Positions 24,941-39,519 of a DNA stretch of 64,000 nucleotides are shown here, piece after piece. The notes under the pieces are model-generated. The model saw nothing but the letters and a program-made list of their open reading frames with translations. It ran no database searches and had not been told where the DNA came from. Numbering within the stretch: position 1 is the first letter of the stretch; each line of letters begins with the position of its first letter. This DNA comes from Raja brachyura. Lineage: Eukaryota. The position numbers and the translations under genes are program-made. The stretch is from assembly GCA_963514005.1 (NCBI GenBank), contig OY740795.1:50964001-51028000 (forward strand), given 5' to 3'.

Positions 24941-25214
24941 CTGTATGAACACATTAAATCAATGTTAATCAATAGCAAGCCATATAATTATGCTGGCAGT
25001 TTCGACCCTTTGCAACACCATTTTTATTTTCTGCTGCATTGGAAAGATTGCCCTCGAGTTGTGTTTCCCTGGAGAAAAGCCCAATGTGACATGAGAAAGG
25101 GGAGCAGGGGGGCAGAGGGGGCAATGAAAAAGATGGCACGTGATCGGATCCGGGTATTCGCCAATCTCTACCTCCTCCTGTGCTGTGCTCAAATGTGATG
25201 GGTGATAGTTAGTA

Positions 25215-25420
25215 CACTGTAAATGGCTCATTTGTAATTATGTTCCACTGTTAATGGCTCATTTGTAATTATGTTCCACTGTTAATGGCTCATTTGTAAT
25301 TATGTTACACTGTAAATGGCTTGTTTGTAATCTTCTATTGTCTTTCTGCAGACTGGTTTGCACGCAACAAAAGCTGTTCACTGTACCTCGGTACACGTGA
25401 CAATAAACTAAACTGAACTG
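25215..25420 (+). repeat. Rex1/Babar-type 3' tail fragment containing a 31-bp tandem triplication
   Basis: cactgttaatggctcatttgtaattatgttc starts at 25215, 25246, 25277 and partially at 25308; ends gtgacaataaactaaactgaac. Confidence 0.85.
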
Positions 25421-25944
25421 AGCTGAGTTAATTTCCCTACTGTTTCTCAATCTCATCATCGTCTCTTACATCCTCTCATGCCTAACGATTCTTTGGGAAA
25501 GGATGACTGGACATTAATCCCCAAGATTCAGGAGCAAAGGGAGGAAGACGTTGGAGCCCATTGAGTGGTGGACAAGGCTCAGTAGCGACAGCCCACGTGT
25601 TGAGTCACACAGAACTAGGATGAGCCACCACCAATTTCATTTTCTCAAATTGTAAAGACAAATGGATGCACTCAAGCACCACAGTATTCTTCACAAAATG
25701 GATCAGAAGTGTGATCCAGTGCGTATGGCAAGCCAGATGATCTTACAAGAAAAAGGGGGTAAAACCAAGAATTGAGGAGTGGGTACCAAGTGCGAGCAGA
25801 GAGTTAACTAAATAGTGGAGTGTGAGGGAGTAAAGTGGCACAGATCATAGAGGCTTATTGTATATCACAGAAACAGGCTCTTCAGCCCACCATGCCCATG
25901 CTGACTATCTAATATCCATCTATAGTAGTCCCATTCATCAGGAC

Positions 25945-26412
25945 AGATTCCTGGGATGTCACCAGACTGATTCCTGGGATGTCAGGACTGTCTTATGAAG
26001 AAAGACTGGATAGACTCGGTTTATACTCTCTAGAATTTAGGAGATTGAGAGGGGATCTTATAGAAACTTACAAAATTTTTAAGGGGTTGGACAGGCTAGA
26101 TGCAGGAAGATTGTTCCCGATGTTGGGGAGGTCCAGGACAAGGGGTCACAGCTTAAGGATAAGGGGGGAATCCTTTAGGACCGAGATGAGAAGGACTTTT
26201 TTTCACACAGAGAGTGGTGGGTCTCTGGAACTCTCTGCCACAGAGGGTAGTTGAGGCCAGTTCATTGGCTATATTTAAGAGGGAGTTAGATGTGGCCCTT
26301 GTGGCTAAACGGTTCAGAGGGTATGGAGAGAAGGCAGGTACGGGATACTGAGTTGCGGTGCAGGCTCGAAGGGCCGAATGGCCTACTCCTGCACCTAATT
26401 TCTATGTTTCTA
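25945..26412 (+). mobile_element. CR1 LINE 3' fragment
   Basis: Near-identical to 24320-24790. Confidence 0.9.
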
Positions 26413-27074
26413 TGATCCATGGCTTCATATGTCATGGCATTTCAAGTGTTCACTTAGCTACTTTTCAAATGCTGTGTACCTGTTTCCTCAAGCAATGTAT
26501 ATTCAGTCTGAGGTGTGGAGGATTTGACGTAATTGATGTTAGGAGAAATGTGGGGCAGGAATTTGACAGTAGTTTGTTTTGGTTAAAGGTTAAAGAGGTT
26601 AGAATGTCAGAAGGATGAGAATGAAAGTTATACATTAAAAAGTTATAGAATATGATGATATCCACACTGAGCAAGAATGAAAGGATAAGCAAGGACAACA
26701 TATTATTGTGTATAATGGAACTGCGGATGCTGGTTTACACCAAAGATAGACACAAAATGTTGGAATAACTCAACAGGACAGACAGCATCTCTGGAGAGAA
26801 GGAATAGGTGACGTTTCGTGTTGAGACCCTTCTTCAAACAGACAACAATTAATGTCAGCCCCGTCGACATGATCAAACTAAATAATTGAGAAAATATTGA
26901 TATCAGTATTCATGCTCAGCATTTCAGAATTAAATATTAACAAATGGAGAGAAGACAAATGAAGATACAGTCCTCTTAAGATTACGTGGTTGACGAAGAG
27001 GTTTGTAATATTCAATCTCTGTTCTAGCAGGGTCAACAACAATGACTTGTAGTGCTTTTTACAATGTTTCGTAC

Positions 27075-27245
27075 CTCAATTATAACTCGTGTTTGGTCTC
27101 CAATACAGGGCAGACCCTCCAGGTCATTCATTCCAGTTATTGGATAAGGAAGTGATTTTAACATTGATGTTGCCCGTGAATATGCCACAAAGGAGCCAGC
27201 GTTTTCATCGAACTCGCAGTTTTCTGCCAAAAGCTCGAATGTATC
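27075..27245 (-). CDS. DNTT: TdT coding exon (exon 4 equivalent; 8-kDa domain)
   Basis: ttctgcag|GAT...ATTGAG|gtacga. 171 nt encoding DTFELLAENCEFDENAGSFVAYSRATSMLKSLPYPITGMNDLEGLPCIGDQTRVIIE (human: DAFDILAENCEFRENE...LKSLPF...GIPCLG...IIE). Confidence 0.97.
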
Positions 27246-27395
27246 CTGCAGAACAAATAGCAATACAGGACGATGAGCATTGCCATGTTGCAACATATTA
27301 AATCTCAGACACTATATGCAGTTTACTATAACCAATATGATGCTGAATTTGTGTGTTGATCCAATAAAACATGTTGAATTAATTTTTCCTTCCAC

Positions 27396-27916
27396 AGTGG
27401 CGCAACGGTAGAGTTGCTGCCTTGTGCCCCTGTCACACTTAGGAAACCTGAACGGAAACCTCTGGAGACTTTGCGCCCCACCGAAGGTTTCCGTGCGGTT
27501 CCCGGAGGTTCCCGGAGGTTTTTGTCAGTCTCCCTAATGGTTGAAAGTGGTTTCCGCTTCTTCTATGTTCCAGCGATTATTTCAAAAAATTCAAAACCGG
27601 CCACGACTAAAAATAGGTTGCCATTTTAAAAGGTTGCGGGTAGTGGAAGGTAAGACCTCCCTGGTGGAATAAAATTGGGTGAAAAAAAGGTCTGACCTTC
27701 CACTACCTGCAACCACCTTCATCTAGCATCGCAACCGGCTTCGACTAAAAAATTACTGATTTTTAAAGGTTTCTAGGCTAATTGGCTTGGTATGAATGTA
27801 AAATTGGCCCTAGTGGGTGTAGGTTAGTGTTAATGTGCGGGGATCGATGGTCTGTGCAGACACAGTGGGCTGAAGGGTCTGTTTTCATGCTGTATCTCTA
27901 AACTAAACTAAACTAA
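27396..27916 (+). mobile_element. V-SINE interrupted by a partial Harbinger-type MITE (~27426-27766)
   Basis: SINE head gtggcgcaacggtagagttgctgcc, then a TIR-like gcccctgtcacactt. The SINE resumes at ~27767 and ends (AAACT)n. Confidence 0.75.
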
Positions 27917-29724
27917 AATGCGTGCAAGTGTCAGCTTTGGATTTCAGATCAGCCGAAGAATGTAAAGAGTTTGAATGCATTTTAAGAATCCATCCACAAG
28001 TAATAATGACGTGAAATATCATAGTGATATTTTGCTAATACATTCATAATTTTATGAAATAGACCACATAGTTAGAACAAGATCAAGTTCTATAACAGGT
28101 TGGAACCAGATGAATTTTATCACTCCATCCACCACAAATAACATCTTTTAGTCTCACTTCTCAAATCTTGGGAGCTTAACTTTCCAGACAAATAGATTTT
28201 CAGTAATCAACATTTCAATAATCCTTCACATCTGTCAGCTGCAGTTATAATTTATGTGAACATTTGAAATCACCTTTAAAATAACTTGAAGGTTATACAC
28301 TGAACCAATTTGTGACATTTTCCAAATCCAGTTTTCCAATGGAAATTCTCAATCTTATTCTAACATGTATTATCATCACCGGCAGTTCTAATTTGTATAT
28401 ATTGTGACTTTAAGTTAGTAAAATGTCTTGAGGCACTTTGCAGCAGCTGGATCTAATGAAGTAAGTAACATAAGAAAATATTTTGACGGGTAATTGTAGA
28501 AGTTAACTTTAAATTAGGAAAACCAAAGAAGAGGGATTGCAAGGGTTAGTCTCAGTACAAAGTTGCAGGAATTAATAGGGAGAATGTGCTGGGCCTGATC
28601 ATCTTTAGCTGCTTGGTCTTTCCTCTGTCAAAAGGGTTGCTTGTTGGTGAGTGCAGCTATGTTCCTGACTCCTGAGGAATGTAAGTCCATTCCTGCATCC
28701 AGCAATGAGCAGTGTTTGGACAAGGACTGATAAGTGGCAAGCAACACTAGTGACAATGCCCGTATTCCATAAGCGAATTAAAGAAAAAAGCTTCAAGTAA
28801 AATTCTGTGCGAATAATACAAAGATGATCTCCCACTGCTTCAAGAATGAATGCTGTTGGGTGGGGAATTCCAGGATTTAGATCTCATAATGATAAAGAAA
28901 TGGTGAACAAAAATGAAAACAGGTTGATTTGAAAGGAACCTGCAGTTAGCCTTGCTCCATGGCATTCTCGTTCTTCTTGATGTTGAAGGTCACTATTTAT
29001 TAGGCATGGTCGGAATGACAGCAGATACACAAGCGTGAAGGTACGTACCACCAGATTGAGGTGCAGGAAGGAACTGAAGATGCTGGTTTACACCGAAGAT
29101 AGACACAAAATGCTGGAGTAACTCTGAGGGACAGGCAGCATGTCTAGATAGAAGGAATGTGCTGCCAGTCCCATTGGGTTACTCTAGCATTTTGTGTCTA
29201 TTTTTGATATAAACCAGCATCTGCAGATCCTTCCTGCACATGACAGCTTTGCACGATGCTGATCAACGTGACCCTGGGTTCAGTATCCTTCTTCTTGTGT
29301 GTGACTCATCTGGTACAGAGAGAGATTTTACCAGCATTAACGGCCAACTGCTGCCACGGGATGACACGATGCCACAGGATTTCTCACTGAAATTAAATGT
29401 TTTGAAGGTCCATGGCATTCACAGTCAACAATAGTCTTAATTGTAAAGGCATTTATCATCCCAGCCTACAGTGGACAATGGAGGCTACACGAGAGAGTTA
29501 AGTGGCTAAATGTGTAGTAAGGAACTGCAGATGCTGGTTTAAACAAAAGATAGACACAAACATCTGGAGTAACTCAGTGAGACAGGCAGCATCTCAAGAG
29601 AGAAGGAATGGGTGACCCTTCGAGAAGAAGGTTCTCAACTCAATATGTCACCCATTCCTTCTCAGCAGAGATGCTGCCTGTCCCGCTGAGTTACTCCAGC
29701 TTTTCATGCCTATCTTAGTGACAA

Positions 29725-30243
29725 AGGGCCTGTCCCACTTGGGCGACCTAATCCGCGAGTTCTGGCGTGTTTGCCCTCGACTCATACTCGCAGCATGGTC
29801 GACACGAGGTCGTAGGAGGTCTTTGTAACTCTCCTTCATGCTCGAGTGTGGTCCCTGCGTACTCGAGGCCACGGCTAGGTCGTGGCGTTTTTTTCAACGT
29901 TAAAAAATGCCCGCGAGTAAATAAAGGATGCCATGGAAAAAAATCAATACTTCTTTTACTCGTAGGTTTGGTCGCAGTAGGTTGTAGTAGGTCGGCATGT
30001 TAGTCGTAGGTAATCGAGGGTAGTCGAAGGTAGTCGTAGATAGTCTTCATCATAGTCGAAGGGAGGTCGAAGGAGATCGAAGGAGGTCGTCTTCACTCTC
30101 CACTATTCGGTGTCCAGTTTTCCTGAAGTTAGTCGAAGCTGGTCTTCAACATAGTAGAAGGAGATCGAAGGATGTCTTCAACATGCCATTTTTTCAAACT
30201 CTTCTAAACTTGCCAATTATGTCGCCCAAGTGGGACAGCCCCT
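29725..30243. mobile_element. PIF/Harbinger-type MITE family C
   Basis: TIRs agggcctgtcccacttgggcgac / gtcgcccaagtgggacagcccct; flanks CAA/TAA; internal GTCG(A/T)AG repeats. Confidence 0.85.
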
Positions 30244-30971
30244 TAAGTGACCATTCTCTTTCCCAAATCCTATCATAATGAGCAAAATACCAGGTTTTGG
30301 ATAGTTTACTGTTAAGTTTTGGATTAGACACGGTAAAAATGTAATTTATACCTCTTACATTTCCAAGCGAAATTAAATGATAGCAAAGCCTTTGTCATTA
30401 ATTTCAAACTGCAAACATTTTGCAACATAAACCAGAACTCATTACTCTGTTAGCTACAAAAAATGGCTCTGTATCCTTGTTTTTCTAGCACTCGTGTGCC
30501 AATTCAGTACCAATATGGTGACTGATTAGTATGGCATGAATCTCACAGCTGCTGCAATGCTAAGGGCATTAGCGTCCGCACCGCTAAAAGCTGCCAAATA
30601 TATGTCGAGTAAACAGATCATGCCAAGGAGCTCAAGCTCAATGTTAACAAAATAAAGATTTGCATTTTTATTGCACCTTTCTAAACATTACAAAGCTTCT
30701 TCGACTTTTAAAATGTAGTCAGCGCAAGACTCACAACAACAGTAAGTCTTCCTGCAGCAAACAGTAATGTAATAATGACCATGCAATGTTGACTGAGAGT
30801 AAATATTGCCAGGTTACCGGAAATAATTTCCCCAGTCTTTATCAGAGACAGCAATGAGACTTGTTATATACCGATCCCACCCTAGCTCCAGTTGATGGAG
30901 GCAGTATCATCAGCCTTCTATCAGCCTGACAGCATAGATTTGGATGCTAAAGTTGAAGCCTCACTGAACCT

Positions 30972-31290
30972 TTAGTTTATTTTAGTTTAGTTTAGAGATA
31001 CAGAGTGGAAACAGGCCCTTCGGCCCATCTAGTCCGTACCGACCAGCTATTCCCACACATTAACACTACCCTGCACACACGAGGGACAATTTTACATTTT
31101 CCTAAGCCAATTAACCTCCGATCCTGTACATCTTTGGAGTGCGGGAGGAAGCCAGAAATCCAGAAGAAAACCCATGCAGGTCACGGGGAGAATGTACAAA
31201 CTCCGTACAGATAGCACCCGTGGTCAGGATCGAACCCGGGACCCTGGCACTGTAAGGCAGCAACTCTACCGCCGCACTAACCTGCCGCCC
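30972..31290 (-). mobile_element. V-SINE (HE1-like), near full length
   Basis: tRNA-like head with B-box-like gggttcgatcc, V-domain and (CTAAA)n tail. Further copies at 31583-31815, 50718-50885 and 56366-56630. Confidence 0.9.
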
Positions 31291-33293
31291 TGACAAGCCT
31301 CTCTGACAAGAGTGCATAGGGGTCAAAGAATCGCACAGCACAAAACGGAGACAATGCGCAAACTCACGTGGACAGCACTGGAGGTCAGGGTTGAAGCCAC
31401 GTCACTGGCGCTGTGAGGCAGCAGTTCTACCCGCTGCTCCACCGTGTTCACCCACTGATCAACATTTCCTTTCACCTCGTAGCAGACCATCTATTCCCCA
31501 CATTTGCCCACAACCAATGCTCCCACCACTCACCCCACCACTCAGCGAGGTCAACATTTGTAACAAGATGGAACAAATAACAAGTTTAGAGATACAGCGC
31601 GGAAACAGGCCCTTCAGTCCAACAAGTCCGCACTGATCAGTGATCCCCGCACATTAACACTATCCTACGCACACTAAGGACAACTTACACTTATACCAAG
31701 TCAATTAACCTACATTCCTGTATGTTTTTGGAGTATGGGAGGAAACCGAAGATCTCGGAGAAAGCCCACGCGGGTCACGGGGAGAGCGTACAAACTCCGT
31801 ACAGACAGCACCCAGACAGTACAAAATACCACATTGTCAGTGTCCTTTCAAGTCGCAGTGGCTATGAATATTTACTATGTTCGATTACAGCCAGGGTGGA
31901 GCTGAAGATTATAACAACAGCCTGCCAATTAGCCTTTGCCTGCAGACTACCCTGTTCAGAGTAGTCTTGTCCTCCAGGGAGCTGATACATGAGCTATGTT
32001 ACTGCATGCCCTGGCAGTTGGTCACTTCTACCCAGTAACTCATCATGTTGAGAGATCACATCTAAGCAACCATCATTGAGCACTTCAATTGCCAAGGCAT
32101 GGATGGCTACAGACTGTATGCTGACTAATGGTACCTGCAGGTCAGCATGGACATGATGGTCAATAGGCCGATCACTGTGCTGTGTGAATGTGAATCTCCA
32201 CTACATAGAGTATCTGTATCTGAGCGGGTGTGTTTGAACAATAGACTGGGAAATGAAGACACAAGCAACTGCAGATGCTAGAATCTAGAAGGGGTAAAAA
32301 ACAAGCTGCTGGAGGAAGTCAGCAAGTCAGGCAGCTTCTAACCAGGTTGAGAAATTAGAATTGTTCCTCTTTCGTAGCCAGGCTCCAGACAGGTGGAGGT
32401 TGACTAGTCTTTGCAACAAGGGCACAAAGGTTTGATTATTGTGAAGACAGATCAAAAGTGACTGGTGTGCACTTATACCACCAACAGGGTTAGATGTTGG
32501 CATATCACTGTCCTCAGTGATAACCATGTATTCAGTGGTGTCCATCCCACTAATAGCCTGCACAGCTTTGTCCTGAAAACTGAGCTTATTGGACAGTGTT
32601 TTTTTCTCTGCTGGCAGAATGATGTTGCTGGCACGATATCTGTGACACTACTTGCTCCAAGGGAAGGGAAGAGTGTAAATGAATTTGTTACAGTGTGATA
32701 TGTGCAAAATGTTATCCGTGGCTGGAAAAACAAGGAGTGTGCGTAAACTGTGAGATATGGATATGATTGTTTGAGTAATGGTAAGTATGCGACTTTGTGG
32801 CAGGCTCTCGGATTTTAAATAGGATCCTGATTGATACAGATCATTGTGAAATGGCTAATGGAGATCTATATCATAGAGCAGAGTGTGAGCACTCTGCCGC
32901 ATTTGTCAGGGATTTTCTAATGTATTCACTGACCTTGAGCACACATGTCAGGCTATTACATTGTATTCCCAACTCTGCATTCTAGCCCTGAGTGCTTTGC
33001 TCCTTTGACTACACTCTTTAATCACTTGCTTCAACTGTATCAGTATGAACCTGGCATTGGAAAATCAGCCTTCCCCCTCCAATCCCTGCTCTGCCATGGC
33101 TTGCTGCTACCTTGGTGAAGCTTTATACAGGAGCGTGCTGGTCACGACGAACATTTTTCATTCAGAAGGTGCAGACACAGCTGAACTCAATACAAGGTTT
33201 ATTCAGCCACTGCGGGCAACTCCTGATACAACCCATGAACTGGTGTTAATTTGTTAACCAGACTGGACAGTGCATTGACGGCACACACATATG

Positions 33294-34537
33294 GCGGCAC
33301 GGTGGAGCAGCGGTAGAGTTGCTGCCTTACAGCACTTGCAGAGCCGGAGGCCCGGGTTCAATCCCGACTGCGGGTGCTGTCTGTATGGAGTTTGTACGTT
33401 CTCCCCCCGTGACCTGCGTGGGTTTTCTCCAAGATCTTGTTAGGGGGTATAGTTAGGTGTGAGGAGGATGCTTGGAGGCTGCAGGGCGATTTGGATAGGC
33501 TGAGTGAATGGGCAGATGCATGACAGATGCAGTAGAATGTGGATAAATGTGAGATTATCCACTTTGGTGGCAAAAACATGAGGGTAGACTATTATCTGAA
33601 TGGTGGCCGATTAGGAAAAGGGGAGATGCACCGAGACCTGGGTGTCATGGTACACCAGTCATTGAAAGTAGGCATGCAGGTGCAGCAGGCAGTGAAGACA
33701 GCAAATGGTATGTTAGCATTCATAGCGAAAGGATTTGAGTATAGGAGCAGGGAGGTTCTACTGCAGTTGTACAGGGTTTTGGTGAGGCCACACCTGGAGT
33801 ATTGCGTACAGTTTTGGTCTCCAAATCTGAGGAAAGACATCCTTGCCATAGAGGGGGTACAGAGAAGATTCACCAGACTGATTCCAGGGATGTCAGGACT
33901 TTCATATGAGGAAAGATTGGATAGACTCGGCTTGTACTCGCTGGAATTTAGAAGATTGAGGGGGGATCTTATAGAAACTTACAAAATTCTTAAGGGGTTG
34001 GACAAGCTAGATGCTAGAAGATTGTTCCCGATGTTGGGGGAGTCCAGAACAAGGGGTCACATTCTAAGGATAAGGGGGAATTCCTTTAGGACCGAGATGA
34101 GGAAAACATTCTTTACACAGAGAGTGGTGAGTCTCTGGAATTCTCTGCCACAGAAGGTAGTTGAGGCCAGTTCAATGGCTATATTTAAGAGGGCATTAGA
34201 TGTGGCACTTGTGGCTAAAGGGATCATGGGGTATGGAGAGAAGGCAGGTACGGGATACTGAGTTGGATGATCAGCCATGATCACATTGAATGGCGGTGCA
34301 GGCTTGAAGGGCCGAATGGCCTACTCCTGCACCTATTTTTCTATGCTTCTATGTTTTTTCTATCTTCTGTTTCCTCCCACACTCCAAAGACGTGTAGGTT
34401 TGTAAGTTATTTGGTAAATGTATAAATTGTCCCTAGTGTGTGAAGGATATTGTTAATGTGCGGGCATCACTGGTCGGCACAGACCTGGTGGGCCGAAGGG
34501 CCTGTTTCCGTGCTGTATTTCTAAACTAAACAAAACA
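33294..34537 (+). mobile_element. V-SINE split by a CR1 insertion
   Basis: Head ggcggcacggtggagcagcggtagagttgctgcc runs to ...ccaagatctt (33438) and resumes at atcttctgtttcctcccacactcc (34362); ATCTT is duplicated. Confidence 0.85.
33439..34361 (+). mobile_element. 5'-truncated CR1 LINE nested in the SINE
   Basis: 240-aa ORF 33539-34261, near-identical to the 23718-24701 product. Confidence 0.95.
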
Positions 34538-34877
34538 AAGTAATGTCTGTCCCACCTTATGCCATTCTTGAATAGGTTAAACTGGTCAAAACACATGACC
34601 ACAATTACAATAGTCACAATACATTCTCTCCTTAAACTGTCTCACTTAAATTTCACCTGGTGCTTGTCAGTCCTTAGTGATACTTAGTCCTTGGTTACCT
34701 TGTACTAAACGTTATTCCCTTATCATGTATCTGTACACTGTAAATGGTTCGATTGTAATCATGTGCTGTCTTTCTGCTGACTTGTTAGCACGCAACAAAA
34801 GCTTTTCACTGGTACCTTGATACACGTGACATTAAACTAAACTGAACTAGTCTAAAGTTTGGGTACCCTAGTGAAGC

Positions 34878-35950
34878 ATAGACAATAGACAATAGGTACA
34901 GGAGTAGGCCTTCAAGCCAGCACTGCCATTCAATGTGTTCATGGCTAATCATCCACAATCAATACGCCGTTCCTGACTTCTCCCCATATCCCTTAACTCC
35001 GCTATCTTCAAGAGCCCAATCTAGCTCTCTCTTGAAAGTATCCAGAGAACCAGCCTCCACCGCTCTCTGAGGCAGAGAATCCCACCGACTCACAACTCTG
35101 TGTGAAAAAGTGTTTCCTCATCTCCGTTCTAAATGGCTTACCCTTAATTCTTAAACTGTGGCCCCTGGTTCTGGACTCCCCCAGCATTGGGAACATGTTT
35201 ACTGCCTCTAGCGAGTCCAAACCCTTAATAATCTTATATGTTTCAATAAGATCCCCTCTCATCCTTCTAAATTCCAGAGTGTACAAGCCCAGCTGCTCTA
35301 TTCTCTCAGCATATGAGAGTCATATGATAGCCATCCCGGGAATTAACCTTGTGAACCTACGCTGCACTCCCTCAATAGCAAGAATGTCCTTCCTCAAATT
35401 GGAAGATCAAAACTGTACACAATACTCCAGGTGTGGTCTCACTAGGGCCCTGTACAACTGCAGAAGGACCTCTTTGCTCCTATACTCAACTCCTCTTGTT
35501 ATGAAGGCCAACATGCCATACGCTTTCTTCACTGCCTGCTGTACCTGCATGCTTACTTTCATTGACTGATGAACAAGGACCCCCAGATCCCGTTGTACTT
35601 CCCTTTTATCAACTTGACACCATTTGGATAATAATCTTCCTTCCTGTTTTTGGTCCCAAAGTGGATAACCTCACATTTATCCACATTAAACTACATCTGC
35701 CATGAATCTGCCCACTCACCCAACCTGTCCAAGTCACGCTGCATTCTCATAGCATCCTCCTCACAGTTCACACTGCCACCCAGCTTTGTGTCATCTGCAA
35801 ATTTGCTAATGTTACTTGTAATCCCTTCATCTAAATCATTAATATATATTTCAAATAGCTGCGGTCCCAGCACCGAGCCTTGCGGTACCTCACTAGTCAC
35901 TGCCCGCCATTCTGAAAGGGACCCGTTAATCCCTACTCTTTGTTTCCTGC
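34878..35950 (-). mobile_element. 5'-truncated CR1 LINE
   Basis: Minus-strand [12 protein letters not shown]...FADDTKLGG and LEFRRMRGDLIETYK; (ATTGTCT)n tail. Confidence 0.9.
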
Positions 35951-36341
35951 CCTGTCAATATCTGATGAATGGTGTAGCTAGTTCTGGCTACATGCAGTAA
36001 ATTATAAGAAAACAGGAAGCAAACACTTGGCAATGCTCTCACATTGCAATGATCGTCCATGGATCACATCATGAATTTCTGGCTGGTTTACGCCACATTC
36101 CCATTCAGTCGCCAGTGTCTCTTAAATCTTAATTTGAACCAAGCTTATAAATTTAAAATGTTTATAATGTTTCTGCTATAGTAAAATTTGGATCAAATAT
36201 ATATTTATTTCTAATTTAGGCAGCATCACTATTTTATATCAATAAGTGCCATGCGCAAGTCTGGTTACTTGCGATGGTTTTGCGTATCTCGAGCTATTTG
36301 GGCAATATGTTAAATTTATCATGTTTAAAAATGTAGTTTTA

Positions 36342-36643
36342 AGTTTAGTTTAGAGATACAGGAGCAGAAACAGGCCCTTCGGCCCACCGATCGCACACTG
36401 ACCAGCGATCCCCGCACATTAACACTATCCAACACACACTAGGGACAATTGATAATCTTCACCAAAGCCAATTACAAGCCTATACGTCTTTGGAGTGTGG
36501 GAGGAAAGTGGAGCACCTGGAGAAAACCCACGCATGTCATGGGGAGAACGTACAAACTCCGTAAAGACAGCACCCATAGTCAGGATTGAACCCGGGTCCC
36601 TGGCCCTGTAAGGCAGCAACTCTACCACTGCGCCACCGTGCCT
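36342..36643 (-). mobile_element. V-SINE (HE1-like), full length
   Basis: Reverse complement starts ggaggcacggtggcgcagtggtagagttgctgccttac and ends (CTAAA)n. Confidence 0.9.
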
Positions 36644-37864
36644 CCCGAGCCACTAATGCAGTTGCTCTGGAAATATATTCTAAAACTGATTCCATGTGAA
36701 AAGAAATAAGTTTTTTTTGAAGTCAAAGATAATAATAGGAGTAGCTTGGTCCAAATAGTCCTGATGGACATCCTATTTTTTGGATCATTTTATACAGAGA
36801 TGGATTTAAGAATGATGCTCTCATGTCAATCACAGTATGACACAATCACAGACACGGTGCCCAGATTATGTTAAAATGAATAACTGCAGTACTTTCCTTC
36901 CACAGAATTGAAAATGTTTTTCATCCTGTACTTATGAAAGCTTTCATCGTTTATTTATTTTCAGAGGATAAAACAAAGCAGGAATTGATTGAAACCAAAG
37001 TGCATGTGATTTTATATAACATCACTGATAGAATAGGTCACAGGCAAATCATGGCTGTGATTAGACCATTAGGGAGGATAGATCTCCCAAACTGTTATAA
37101 GCATAATGACTAACATTTTGCCATTCTGCTTATTTCAATAATATTTTTTCCTCTGCTATTAACACCTGACATGATGAGCGACATTAAAGTAAAGAATAGC
37201 AAGAAACGTCTGATCTAACAGCAGGTGCAGACTATTAAGCAGACATTTATTTTTCAATCCTGCCTCATTGCTATAAAAAAAACACAGCTGGGTTCTTGGA
37301 TTTTTGAGGTCACAACTCCAGCTGTGTCCAAAATGAAATCGCTCGTTCAAAAATATTTTCAAAAAGTAAATTCTCAGAGGTAGATGTTGTCTGGTGGATG
37401 GATTTTACAGTACCTATTCAATCCTCATTGTCAGTGGTGCTTTTACATCACCAAGCTTGCAGAGTGCCCATTAAAATCAGTGTGAAACACTCACACAAGC
37501 ACCTGAGTGTTATTAGGCATTTGTAATAGTCTCTATAAATGCTTCTTTATATAATGCTATGTTTGGATGCTTCAGCCACACATGGCCTTAATTTCCTTTG
37601 TTTATTCTCAGCCTTAACCTACATAAATAATCCAGACTAACAATTAGATAAATGTCCTTCTCTTTTCTGATGATAGATCATTTCTTAGGAATCTTCGTCA
37701 GTTAAGGTGTAATGTTTTCAGTCACAGGCTTCCTCATGGTGTCTCATGCCATCCAATGGCATGCAGTCAAGGATCTGAGACACAAGAGAGTACAGATGCT
37801 GGAACCAAGAACAAAAAATAAACTGTGGGAGGAACTCAGTGGATCGAACAACACCCGTGGAGAA

Positions 37865-38732
37865 AAGGGACTTGGATAGGTTGGGTGAGTGGGCAAATGC
37901 ATGGCAGATGCTGTATAATGTGGATAAATGTGAGGTTATCCACTTTGTTGGCAAAAAAAGGAAAGTAGACTATTATCTGAATGGTGGCCGACTAGGAAAA
38001 GGGGAGATGCAACGAGACCTGGGTGTCATGGTACACCAGTCATTGAAAGTAGGCATGCAGGTGCAGCAGGCAGTGAGGAAAGCGAATGGTATGTTAGCAT
38101 TCATAGCAAAAGGATTTTGGTATAGGAGCAGGGAGGCTCTACTGCAGTTGTGCAGGGTCTTGGTGAGACCACAGCTGGAGTATTGCGTACAGTTTTGGGC
38201 TCCTAATCTGAGGAAAGACATTCTTGCCATAGAGGGAGTACAGAGAAGGTGCACTAGACTGATTCCTGGGATGGCAGGACTTTCATATGAAGAAAGACTA
38301 GATAGACTCGGCTTATACTCGCTAGAATTTAGAAGATTGACAGGGGATCTTATAGAAACGTACAAAATTCTTAAGGGGTTGGACAGGCTGGATGCAGGAA
38401 GATTATTCCCGATGTTGGGGAAGTCCAGAACAAGGGGTCACGGTCTAAGGATAAGGAGGAAGTCTTTTAGGACCGAGATGAGAAAAACATATTTCACACA
38501 GAGAGTGGTGACTCTCTGGAATTCTCTGCCACAGAAGGTAGTTGAGGCCAGTTCATTGGCTATATTTAAGAGGGAGTTAGATGTAGCCCTTGTGGCTAAG
38601 GAGATCAGGGGGTATGGAGAGAAGGCAGGTATGGGATACTGAGTTGGATGATCAGCCATGATCATATTGAATGGTGGTGCAGGCTTGAAGGGCCGAATGG
38701 CCTACTCCTGCACCTAGTTTCTATGTTTCTAT
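37865..38732 (+). mobile_element. 5'-truncated CR1 LINE, tail-to-tail with minus-strand CR1 fragments (38733-39190)
   Basis: The 267-aa ORF 37839-38642 is the CR1 ORF2 C-terminus. Confidence 0.92.
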
Positions 38733-39519
38733 AAGTGATAGTAGCTGAATTAGGCCATTCAGCCCATCAAGTTAACTCCACCATTCAATCATGGCTGATC
38801 TATCTCTCCCTCTCAACCCCATTCTCCAGCCTTCTCCCCAGAACCTCTAATACCTGTGCTAATCAAGAATCTATCCATCTCGGCCTTAAAAATATCCACT
38901 GACGTGGCCTCCACAACCTTCTGTTGCAATGAATTCCACAGATTCACCACCCTCTGACTAAAGAAATTCCACCCCATCTCCTTCCTAAAGGTCCTTTTAT
39001 TCTGAGGCTATATACTCTGGTCCTAGACTCTCCCACTAGTGGAAACATCCTCTCCATATTCACTCTATCCAAACATGGAAACATAGAAACAAAGAATATT
39101 GGTGCCGAGTAGGCCACCAATGCCATCATTGAGCCAGTGCCATCATTCAATGTGATCATGGCTGATCATCCACAATCAGTACCTTACACTTGGATTGTCG
39201 ATGTTTCAGGTCAAGGCCCTGCATCAGGCCTAAGTGTGGAAAGGGAAAATAACCAGTATCAAGAAGACCTAATGCAGGGTGTCCACCTGAAACATCAATC
39301 ATTCCTTTCCCCCTCCCCGCAGATGCTATCCAATTTGTTGTTGCTCCAACAGATTGTTTTATAAATCAATATTACAATGTCAACTCAAAAACTACCCCAG
39401 ATCCGTAATGAGTGTTCTGACAGAGGGAGGCACTAACTGGCTCGTAGAAGTCAAATAAGATTCATACAAATAAACTGAGAACTCCCACGAGTCAGGAAGA
39501 ACTAAAACAAACCCAATGA

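Noticed and set aside
33294-33375. tRNA gene
   Set aside because: The A/B-box-like head continues into the V-SINE body and is multicopy, so it is a SINE head.
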